Below the pieces are notes generated by a model. It did no database searches. It was not told where the DNA came from and saw nothing but the letters and a program-made list of their open reading frames with translations. DNA of 63,957 nt, filler included, from Octopus bimaculoides (Eukaryota): the NCBI RefSeq assembly GCF_001194135.2. It is 4 parts of 4 records of this genome, joined end to end, with 100 filler letters (N's around TTAATTAATTAA, not from the genome) between each part and the next. Parts side by side here need not be neighbours in the genome. Positions count along the whole stretch, not along the records: positions 1 to 30,132 come from NC_068982.1; 3 more parts are not named here. One strand, given 5' to 3'. Each line of letters opens with the position of its first letter. Within the stretch, counting starts at the first letter, position 1. Made by a program: the position numbers and the translations under genes. This document shows positions 12,337 through 23,610 of the stretch, piece by piece.

Positions 12337-12797
12337 GGCGGTGAGCTGGCAGAAACGTTAGCACGCCGGGCGAAATGATTTGCGGTATTTCGTCTGCCGC
12401 TACGTTGTGAGTTCAAATTCCGCCGAGGTCTACTTCGCCTTTCATCCTTTCTGGGTCAATGAATTAAGTACCAGTTGCGCACTGAGGTCGATCTAATCGA
12501 CTGGCCCTCTCCCCAAAATTTCAGGCCTTGTACCTAGCGTAGAAAAGAATCGCTAGCTTGCCGAGGAAAATGCTTAGCGGGATTTCGTTCGTCCTTACGT
12601 TCTGAGTTCTAATTCCGCGGTAGTCGATTTTTATTTTTATCCTTTCGGGATCTATAAAATAATTATCAGCTGAGCACTGGAGTCGATGTGAACGACTTAC
12701 CCTCCCCACTGGAGAAAATAAGTACCGCACTGGGATAGATCTAATCGTCCTACTTCTCTCTCCCGAAATTGCTGGCCTTGTGCCAAAATTTGAAACC
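12337..12797 (+). mobile_element. Two SINE family B copies head-to-tail
   Basis: The first copy (about 12337-12550) ends GTAGAAAAGAAT. The second (about 12551-12797) ends GTGCCAAAATTTGAAACC and has an internal duplication of the GTACC..GATCTAATCG segment. Confidence 0.85.
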
Positions 12798-12814
12798 AAC
12801 ATATATATATATAG

Positions 12815-14045
12815 ATGGATGCTTTCCATTTGGCTGCACCTGTGGAAATTTCAAACTTTAGTGAAAATTTTAAAATTTGGTTTATTGATGTAATTTTCGA
12901 CACTGAATCTCCGGCGTTATCTCACTTTTTACAGAAAAAACTGAAATGAAGTTATAGAGGTTAAAATTTTAATATTTTTTTTCCCAGTCAGAAAACAAGG
13001 TTTAGTAGCTGTTATTTTGTGCGTAACTGCACGAGTTAACATTCTGAAAATAGCACGTGTTTTAATATGAGACTTTAAGCAAATCAAATTCTGCTGCGGA
13101 CGACATATAACCCCTCATAACTCTTATTTTTTGGAATTTTCAGAAAGCTTTGCGAATTTGTATTATACCCATGGGAATTCAGACGATTATGCAAAAACCA
13201 GAACAAAAAAGAAAAAAAATGGGGTGTGGGTGCGTTATTTAAGGCCTATTTTAGCTGTTTAGCACGTCTCACGACAACCTCAATGACCGAAAAGAAAAAC
13301 ACAGGTAAACAACACATATTCTGTAGTTTTTAGCATTCAATATGCATTTAATGCGATAAACAGGACATTACAATTTTAATATTTTGCAAAATAGCAAAAT
13401 TATAGCACAAACTTCAAAGATTTATCCAAAAACAAAAAAGTACATTACAAATTACAAATTAAAAGCTTTATCCAAAAACATATTTAAAAAAAAAACAAAA
13501 CTTTCGTTGACCAGTTCATTGAAAACGTAATTTTGAAATGCACTCGAGTAATTTCTGGAACAAATTAGATTTTTCATAATTCCTGCGCCATATAAACTCG
13601 CAGAGATGAGTCAACTATAAAACGGCAGGTGTCACAGCGTTGTTTATAACCTCGCTTTACAAAACCCCTTTGCAAGTAAGAAACCACATCCTCCTGTTTA
13701 TCGTGTCTCCATCATATACACAAGGTTACACGACCTGGCTGGCAAACGGCGTCATCATACATGGTTCCGCGTAGAATATATTTGTCAACTCATTTGCTTT
13801 CTCGCAGATAAAAGATTCCTCATGCTTCGATTGTTACTATGGAAACAGGTATGAAGGTGTCTGTGGCCTACGATTGGTTAAAATTACCTAAAATTTTCAA
13901 AACTTTAAAAGCTATTAACCATTTATGTATTGATTTATGGCGAAGATGCATTTCATATCAAACGACATCATTACACAAAATGTGAAACCAATTGGAATAG
14001 AAATTGAAGAAATTGAAAAGTGGCTACAAACCAAGAAAAATCCAT
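12815..14045. mobile_element. Putative non-autonomous DNA transposon with long, very imperfect terminal inverted repeats
   Basis: Ends ATGGAT.. / ..ATCCAT with loosely inverted subterminal blocks (AAATTT..AATTTGGTTT..GTAATTTTCGAC..GA), sitting in (TA)/(TAGA) repeats. No TSD or family assigned. Confidence 0.35.
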
Positions 14046-14526
14046 AGATATAGATATCTATATATCTATATAGATAGATGGATGGATGGATATATATATA
14101 TATATATATATATATANNNNNNNNNNNNNNNNNNNNNNNNNNNNNNNNNNNNNNNNNNNNNNNNNNNNNNNNNNNNNNNNNNNNNNNNNNNNNNNNNNNN
14201 NNNNNNNNNNNNNNNNNNNNNNNNNNNNNNNNNNNNNNNNNNNNNNNNNNNNNNNNNNNNNNNNNNNNNNNNNNNNNNNNNNNNNNNNNNNNNNNNNNNN
14301 NNNNNNNNNNNNNNNNNNNNNNNNNNNNNNNNNNNNNNNNNNNNNNNNNNNNNNNNNNNNNNNNNNNNNNNNNNNNNNNNNNNNNNNNNNNNNNNNNNNN
14401 NNNNNNNNNNNNNNNNNNNNNNNNNNNNNNNNNNNNNNNNNNNNNNNNNNNNNNNNNNNNNNNNNNNNNNNNNNNNNNNNNNNNNNNNNNNNNNNNNNNN
14501 NNNNNNNNNNNNNNNNNNNNNNNNNN

Positions 14527-14573
<47 letters not shown>

Positions 14574-15385
14574 ATGGATGGATGAATGGATAGACAGATA
14601 GATAGATTCATTCACGTACACACACGCTCACATAAGCACAAAATAGATAGATTGATAGGTTTTAGCATTTTTTTAAATGCCATCAATAAATTACAACCAA
14701 AAATCCGAAACTCCCGTAAATAATGGAATGAGGGGAGGCGGAGAAAGAGAACGAGAAAACGGTAATTTTGTTAAGAAATAAATCATAAAAAGAGAAACTA
14801 TATAAAGAAAGGAAATTAAGTAAAATAAAATGTGAAATAAAGAAAAAAAACATTTAGGATGTGGAAGATAGGGAAGGGAAAAGAATCTCTGAATGATATA
14901 TATATATAGGTCAACTTCATGTTTGACTGTTATATAATCCAACAGAACCTTCGTTGTTTACATAGGTTAAACACTGTAACCAAGTCGAATGCCCACATCT
15001 TTGGGGTTTTTTTTATTTCACTAGTGTTTTAATTTAATTGTATGACACAAAACACGCTGCTGCCACCAGCAACCTCGACGACAATTTACTGTAGCAACAA
15101 CAACAGCAGCATCATCTGTAGCAGCAGAACCAGCGGTTGTCGACTTAATGCATGTCTTCCCTCTCTTATCTATTGCGTAGGGAGCTTAAAATTCGATTGT
15201 TGACCGAATATCACCCGTTTCAAGCCCACCACTTTTTTTCACCTCATTCTTTCTGTCGCTCCTTTTCTCTCTGTCTTTATTTTCTTCTTATCTCTGTCGT
15301 TCTATCGTCCGTTTTTATCGTTTTACTTACTTTCGTCCTTTTCTCCATTCTCTTTTCGTTTTTCTTTTATTTTTTCTTGTCTCCC

Positions 15386-15421
<36 letters not shown>

Positions 15422-15671
15422 ACACACACAAAGATAGATATACATACATACACACAAACACACACACACGCACACACACAGAGATAACTATACATACATA
15501 CACACACAGATAGATATACATACACACACACACATATATATACACATACATATATATGTATAATATGTATATATAAATATATATGTATATATGCACACAC
15601 ACACAGAGGCACACACACACAGAGACACACACACACACAGAAGCACACAAACACAAACACACGCACACACG

Positions 15672-15711
<40 letters not shown>

Positions 15712-15887
15712 CACATACATATATATGTATAATANNNNNNNNNNTACACACACACACATATATATACACATACATATATATGTATAATATGTATATATAA
15801 ATATATATGTATATATGCACACACACACAGAGGCACACACACAGAGAGACACACACACACACAGAAGCACACAAACACAAACACACG

Positions 15888-15948
<61 letters not shown>

Positions 15949-16175
15949 TCATATACCCTATGTCTAAGGCATTATTTTTCCCTCCCATCTCAAGTTATGG
16001 GCCGGCCCCTTTCCTATCTAAGCGAGGTTAGAGATAAGAAGAATGTGGTGTTTGTGCGTGCGATTATATTTGTCTGTGTTATGTATGTGTGTGTGTGTAT
16101 GTGTGTGTGTATGTGTGTGTGTGTATGTGTGTGTGTGTGTGTGTTAGTGTGTGTGNNNNNNNNNNNNNNNNNNNN

Positions 16176-16231
<56 letters not shown>

Positions 16232-16940
16232 CAGCAGGACATAGAATGAATGGAGGAAAAAAAAATTGGGCAAGTGAGCAAAGACAGGAATTGGCTTACT
16301 TCCGGTGGAAGTATCTTTTATCATTTCGCAGAAACACGGTTAAAAGTCTTCAAATGGCAACCTTGCTCCGGCAGTTAGAGTACACATAGAGCAAACGACA
16401 GCATTTAGATTTGAGATTTTTCTACTGACCCCCTTTTAGTATTACTATTATACACACACGCACACACGCGTGCGCACGTACACATACACACACACATACA
16501 TATACATATATACATGAATACATATATACGCATGTATATAAATTTTTGCTTCGTTTCATCGTATTCCACTTAGCTTTTGTTTTGTTTTCATTTCTTACTC
16601 TCACGTGATCATTGGTTTCTCGTATTTTCTTTAATTTCTTTGTTTCTGTCCTTTTTATTTTTATTTTCTTTCTGTCTAATACAAACAGAATAGATTTCTT
16701 GTTTAGTATTGATCCCGTTTCCGGTAAGTTTAGACTAGCGCCCACGTCGTTTGCTCCACTTAGATTATAATGTGGCCCCTGTTCCGGAATGTCTCCTTCA
16801 ATAACTTCCAGCGCACAAGTCTTGAAACGGTGTCTTTGTGTTGGGCAAAAGTTTAATCGACCTTCTTCTTAATTCTGCTTATCCAGCTTTCTAAGCCGTT
16901 ACCCTATATATATCCGTGCACGCGCCTCTATGAGTGTGCT

Positions 16941-16995
<55 letters not shown>

Positions 16996-17834
16996 GTGTG
17001 TGATGGTCGAAGTAGGGTGCAATTCGTGTCATACGCAATATCATGTAACGCTAAGGGCTTGGTTTAGACTTTAAAAGCATATTCAAGAGAAATGTCTTTT
17101 TATATTCTAAAGGATGTCAGTCCAACATGCAGATACTTTAGTTATCATTTTCACTTTCTTAGTTGTTGCTGTCCTCATCATTTTCCTTTCTTCAATGCCT
17201 TAGTTAAGAGGAAATATCGGTGCCCGTGACCTTTGCTGGCTCAACGAGACTAAGAACAATGAGGCTTATGTTCAACGAGAAGATCTCTAAGTTGACATCT
17301 ATATCATGCCAGACCAAGGGTGGATAGCGAGAAATCCAGAAGGGACACAGTGTATGACAGAAAGAGCGGGCAATGTGGTTATTATGAAACCTGGTGGGCG
17401 AGGCGCGTTTCGCTTAGACGTACAACAAATATGAATGTATTTTCTGGGGAATGAGTGGAGTCAGTATGTAGCTGTTTAGTTCAGAAGAACAGAAGTCGAT
17501 GAATAGCGATATAACGGAAGAGTGAAGAGTGAAGAGTGAGAGAAAGCATATCTGAGACTCAAAGATTGTAGTATGTTGGTGAATGAGTCATTAAACTACG
17601 TTGGATGACATTCTTTTGCGTATGAACAATATGATCGCCAAGAAATGTGCACATTGTAGGGTTTTAGTTGTTTATTATCCACATGTAGTGTAGATGTGGC
17701 GCAAAATTATTTCTTATATATGAGCAATGACAGAGAACATTGCGCTTTGGAAAAAGACTGTTTCTGTTCTCTCTTCGTTGAAGTTGTGTAGACTTTGGTG
17801 TGAGGCAACTAGGTTGCATATGGATGTTACTTAC

Positions 17835-17945
17835 CTTTCAACCTTTCGGGGTCGATAAATTAAGTGCCAGTTGCATACTGGGGTAGATCTAATCGACTGC
17901 CCCCTCCCCCAAAAAAATTTCGGGCCTTGTGCCTAGAACAGAAAA
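17835..17945 (+). mobile_element. SINE family B, 3' half
   Basis: CCTTTCGGGGTCGATAAATTAAGTGCCAGTTGCATACTGGGGTAGATCTAATCGACT..GGGCCTTGTGCCTAGA. Confidence 0.85.
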
Positions 17946-18179
17946 GCATATTAAAGATTGCGTGCAAAGCGCCATAATCAGTATATATAAGAGTGAGAAT
18001 GAGGACGTAGAGGAATGAACAGAAAAAAGGGTGTGGAAGACATATCCAAGCATTGGGGCACAAAAAATGAAGGCAGAGCATAAGTCAGAAGGAGGTCCGG
18101 TAGCATATGATGCAATATTATAATTTTATTAGAAACTTCTAATCCAAGTGATGGTATTTGTGTGAACCTCAAACACAAG

Positions 18180-18530
18180 TAGTTCACCAAGAACGTTCGC
18201 GGGTCAGATCCAATTAAAGGCTCTACTGACATGAAGTTCAAAATTATTTTCACCGAACTTCTCAAGAGCGGAGGACCTTTAGTGACAGACATCGGATAGC
18301 AAGATTTCAGTAAATTTTATTCTACGGAAGCTAACTTTGTAGGAACTGAGGAAGGTGACGCACGCAATGTGTTGCGTACGTCAACTTCCTCACTTCCTAC
18401 AAAGTTAGCTTCTGTGTTGGACGACAACGTGTTGGATGACAGACATTGTTAATGACTGTTCTTGCATCTTTGAAATTTTGAAAGCGAGAATGATAGATCC
18501 AGTGTTGGCAGGATCAAAAGGTTGTTCTTC
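18180..18530 (+). mobile_element. Degraded RTE-like RT fragment interrupted by a 144-bp hairpin-bearing insert
   Basis: Removing 18293-18446 gives FTKNVRGSDPIKGSTDMKFKIIFTELLKSGGPLVTD|IVNDCSCIFEILK, resembling the RTE RT motif (G)IxxELLKxGG. Confidence 0.4.
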
Positions 18531-18929
18531 ATGACACGCTGTATTATTCATTCAAATATCGAGGACATTCCTTCAGCCTATTTTATGTCTTAAGATGACA
18601 ATGTTATTTTAAATATTGCTGGTATTACGTTCTGTTGATGGTAATAATGGTGATTAAGTATATTCTTCAACAACAACAACTTAGCAACGGTAACAACAGC
18701 TTTCGACGGAGTTACTGCTGATAAGGACGCAACTTTGTCTATTCTTGTCTATCATCGTCGTTGTTGTTATGTTGTTGATGTTGTTGTTGATAAGGCTGTT
18801 ATTCTTAATGATGTAGCTATATCTCAAGATGATTTCATTCAACACGTACAACATACAAATTAGTGATGATGATGATGATGTTGTCGTTGATTATAATTCT
18901 TCTTGCTGTTGGAAAAAAACTGTCAGTAT

Positions 18930-21050
18930 TTGCTCCTCTGAGTTCAAATCCCATTTAATTCAATTTTCGTATTCATCCCCCCAGGAATGATAAAATAAGG
19001 TACTAATCTAGTAAGGGGATCAATGGTATCAGCTAATCAGTCCTCTCAAAATTGCTGGGTTTCTGCCAAAATTTGAAACCATTATTATTACTGTTATTAT
19101 TATTCGCAAGGTGGTGAGCTAACAGAATAGTTAGCACGCCGAGGGAAATGCTTAGTGGCGTTTCGTCTGTCTTCACGTTCTGAGTTCAAATTCCTCCGAG
19201 GTCGACTTCACCTTTCATCCTTTCCGGGGCGATAAAATAAGTACTAACTGGGTACTTGGGTTGATATAATCGACTATTCTCCTTCCCCAAATTTCAGGGA
19301 TTGTGCCTATAGTAGAAAGGATTTATTATTATTATGGTAATGATGCAGCTTGTATGACTTGTAAGCAGTCTTTAGAAGACTCCTTTACTATTATCATTGT
19401 CGTCATTTATGTTTATGATAATGCTGTTGTTATAAATATGGATGTCTAACTTTGACAATATTGTTGGTACTTAAGGTGGCGAGCTGGCAGAATCGTTATC
19501 ATGCCGGGTAAAATGCTAAGGGGCATTTCGTCCGTCTTCGCGTTTTGAGTTCAAATTCAGTCGAGGTCGACTTGTCCTTTATCTCATCGAGGTCGATAAA
19601 ATAAGTACCAGGTGAATACTGGGGTGGATATAATCGACTGACCCCTTCCCTGGAATTGCTGTTCTTGTGCCAAAATTTGAAACCAATATTACTGGTATTT
19701 ATTAAGGCAAAAACGTTAGCACATCGAGCAAAATGCTTAGCGGCATTTCGTTCGACTTTATGTTCTAAGTTCAAATGAATGTCATCGATTTAATCAACAC
19801 TTCATTGCTATTCATATTACCTATGATTAAAAGATGGAGGGTAATTCGACTCCATTTGAATTTAAACTCAGAATCTAAAGAGATGTTGGGAAGAAATTTT
19901 GTCCGGAATCACTTTACTGATTCTGATATCATTGTTATTCACTCTGAATTTTGAAATTATACTTTTAAATAACAGAGAGATCGTGAAAATATCCATCGTT
20001 TTGTTGATAGTAACCTTTTCTTGGTATTAAAGCCATAATCTAGGTACTTTCTTGCAAGTTACTATCGGCGGCAGAATCGCTGGCACGCCGGACAAAGTAC
20101 CCAGTGGCATTTCTTAGGCTCTACGTTCTGAGTTTAAATTCTACTGGCGTCGACATTGTGCCTGTAGTGGGAAGACAAAAAAAGAAATATTACTTTCTAA
20201 TGTTGAAGTTTTGAGTTGCTTTGCTAGGGATGTGTATATCAATATTTGTAGGTTTAGTCGTTTAATTGATGGCGTTTAACTGATATCTATACAATATCAA
20301 GTTTCTTTTAGATTTTCACACGTACAATTCTATTCTTGTGCAAACTAGTCTACCGAATCAATCTTAATATTATTGGTACTTATTACGGCGGTAACTTGAC
20401 AGATTCATGTGCACACCAAACAAAATGCTTAGCAGCCATTTCGTCGTCTTTACGTTCTGAGTTCAAATTCCTCCGAGGTCGACTTTCTCTTTCATCCTTT
20501 CAGGGTCGATAAAATAAGTACTAGTCGAGCACTGAGGTCGATGTAATCGACTTAGCGCCTTCCCCAAATCTGCTGACCTTGTGTCAAAATTTGAAATCAA
20601 TGTTATTGGTACGTAAGGCGGTGAGCTGGCAGAATGGTTAGCACGTCGGATAAAATACTTAGCGACATTTCGTCCGTCTTCACGTTTTGAGTTCAAATTC
20701 CGTCGAGGTCGGCTTTACCTTTCATCCTTTCGGGGTCAATAGAATGAGTATCAGTTGAGCACTGGGCCAATGTAATCGACTTATCCATCTTCCTTGGAAT
20801 TCCTGGTCTTGTGCCAAAATTTGAAATCAATATTATTGGTACTTAAGGCGGCAAGCTGGCGGGAACGTTAGTACACCGTGCAAAATGCTTAGTTGCATTT
20901 TGTCCGTCTTTACGTTCTGAATTCAAATTGCGCCGGTGTCTATTTTGCTTTTCATCCCTTCAGGATCGATAAAATAAATACCAGTTGAGCACTGGAGTCG
21001 ACTTATCCTCACCTCGAACTTGCTGGCCTTGTGTCAAAATTTGAAACTAG
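18930..21050 (+). repeat. Cluster/tandem array of SINE family B units (at least 7 full or partial copies, same orientation)
   Basis: Heads at 19110, 19475, 19706 (partial), about 20067 (partial), 20387, 20617 and 20847, plus a partial copy at about 18930-19080. Shared junction AATATTATTGGTACTTAA. Confidence 0.9.
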
Positions 21051-23419
21051 TATGACATTGTTAAGTCTTCGTGGATTTGAGCACAGAAGACTAATGTTTA
21101 AAGTAGTTACAGTGAGGCATCTATTCTGACAGTCTACAATTTCGTTGATGTCTATAACTTGATCGTATTCTTATTGTTGTACCGGAAACATTATGAATGG
21201 ATCCTTAAGTTATAATAACGCTCGTGAATCTACGTTAGTATCTTGTCAGTGTGAGACCTAGACTGAGAACAGTTCTCTGGTAAATTAGTGGTTGGTAATA
21301 TGAACTATGAGTAACGATTTAAATGATATTATACACAAACACACACAAACATACAGATGTGCGTGTGTGTGTGTGTTCTCTACTAATTATAGGGAGCGTC
21401 TTATCACCTGTAGCAACTTATGAGCCAGGAGGAAACATGGCAGTTAAGAAATGAGAGATTTGCGTGTCAATTGCACTTTACTTCGTACAGCTTATAACAA
21501 AAGATTAAAAAAGTAAAGCCTGCAACTATAGACTTCATTATGCCTGAAGGTCAGTTGAAATTTCCGGACAACCACTTCATGAATTTTCCGTAAAATAATT
21601 AATTAGTTGATTTGTTCGTCTTTTTTATTCTTTGTAAAGAGTTATTTTATATACACCGTATCAACTTGCTTCAAACTAGATATGCTAAATTTAAAGATAG
21701 AAAAGGAAGAAAAAGAATAAATAAAAAAAGTTAATTATTTCTTTTTGTCAAGGTATAAAAATGTTTAACACAATATCTGGACTGTGAAATTGGTTGATAT
21801 TGCCGTAAATAAATTGTGTATGGCTCGTAACCCAAGTGTAAGCCTGATAAACACGGTCGTGCACTAAATTTACAATTGTTTGTTCATGATTCACTAGACT
21901 GGATACAATTAAGCAAAACAAATGATGATTTTTTTGGTCCTCTCCCGCTTTTTCAAACACTTTCAATGAACAGGAGTCATACCCCAATAAGTTGGACTGA
22001 TAACCTTTATCTGTTCGACGTATTTCATCACATTAATATGGGAAAGAAGTCAAACATTTAATGACGGAGACAAATATTATTACACTATTGACTGGTCGGA
22101 GTAGTCGGAAAGTTACAATTTACGGTCACTTAATCAACTAGAAGCATTTAACTGTTCTATTTTCATTGAGAAGAAAACAAGTTCGATCTCCTCCCGACTA
22201 ATTCAGATATAAATCTAACAGAAGTAGTTATGCTTAAGTGAGTGTTGGTTCGTGGCCTAATGATTGCTGATGTTCGACTCGCAATCAAGAAGTCGTGGCT
22301 TCATAACACTGGACCGGGGCCCGCGTTAATTCCTTACTCCAGTCTACTCAGCTGGGCAGCAGATAACTGCTAACTCTATTGAAAGTAAAGTGTACAAAAT
22401 AGAAGATTTATTTAAGCCATCCAAAAACACACAGAAACTATGAACCTTACACAATAATTTATTACTTGATGTCAAAATTTTCGTCACATTTTTTGTATTT
22501 TGGTCACTCTAAGAGTTTTCGAATTGCTAAAAATGTGTCTTCCATGCTGTAATTGACTTTAGTTCAACGCAAAGTTTTAGATAAAATCCTTGTCTAAAAT
22601 ATCACAGTTTCTCAGTAAGTGTTATAACCATTCGAATCACTCTCAGTATGTTACTGGTACTTAGAGTCAGAGACAAAGTCGGGTAAAAAGCTAAATTAAC
22701 TACAGCAGCTTTAACATTCTAAGCATAAAAGACGTGCCTAATTTTTACAGAAGTCCGATAAAAGCCCAGAAATCTATCATTTCTTTTACTAATCACGTTT
22801 TGTCTTATGATATCTTGTCGTAAGTCAGGAAAAAGAAAAAAGAAAAATCACGGATTTTACCCGATAGAAGAAAATGTGATACGCTGAACCATATACATGC
22901 AGTATCTTCATTGCTTTAAAAGTGCTTTTGTTATTATTGTTTTCTTATAAAAGTCAGATATTTATAATATTCCGAATCTGTCCATTGACCATGTCTTTGT
23001 CATGTGTTATCCTTAGACTGGAGACCTCAATAAGTTATCCTCTGATCGGGGAACTGAAACGAATGTTTTGTAACAAAATGAGGCTTTCTAGCCAAAGTAC
23101 ACAATAACCGGGTGGTGTTTCTTATCTTTAAAGCAGGGGACGGATTAATTTAGCATTCAAAATCAGGAAGGCTCTATCTAACGGGTTTTCATACGGTTTC
23201 TGTCAAGTAGATTCACTTACAAGGTTTTGGGTGCAATCCGAATTAGAAGTGGGATCGAACACAAAACCATGCTATTGTATAGTACACGTCTTAAACAGAT
23301 AACCATGAGTTGAACTAAAAACGTAAGCGATAATGTCTAATTAACTTGAAGTAATTTGCTGCCACATCGTTTATTCTGCCAGTCATTGAAAATCCGAAAA
23401 ATATTTCTAATTTCGACAT

Positions 23420-23610
23420 AAGACAATTTTAGAGGAAGGGGTTTAGTCGATTACAATTGCCCTAGCACTCGATCGATCTTTCATTTTATCCATTCCAAAA
23501 GGATGAAAGTCGATGCTGACATTGTATGAACTTAAATGCAGAATGTAAATAGGAAGAACAACTATCGCAGAGCATTTCCTCTCTACCAACACTTTAATGA
23601 TTCTGTGAGT
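23420..23610 (-). mobile_element. SINE family B, degraded
   Basis: GGGGTTTAGTCGATTACAATTGCCCTAGCACTCG..AAAGGATGAAAG..GAACTTAAA. Confidence 0.65.

Noticed and set aside
15530-15940. ~210-bp tandem duplication of a compound microsatellite
   Set aside because: Near-identical copies separated by a short N run; likely an overlap assembled twice.
19110-21050. CRISPR-like or tRNA-gene-array interpretation of the periodic repeats
   Set aside because: The units are ~210-bp SINE bodies with no unique spacers and no cloverleaf; the context is eukaryotic.
22238-22380. tRNA-like sequence
   Set aside because: Only decayed A/B-box remnants with no cloverleaf; most likely an old SINE head.
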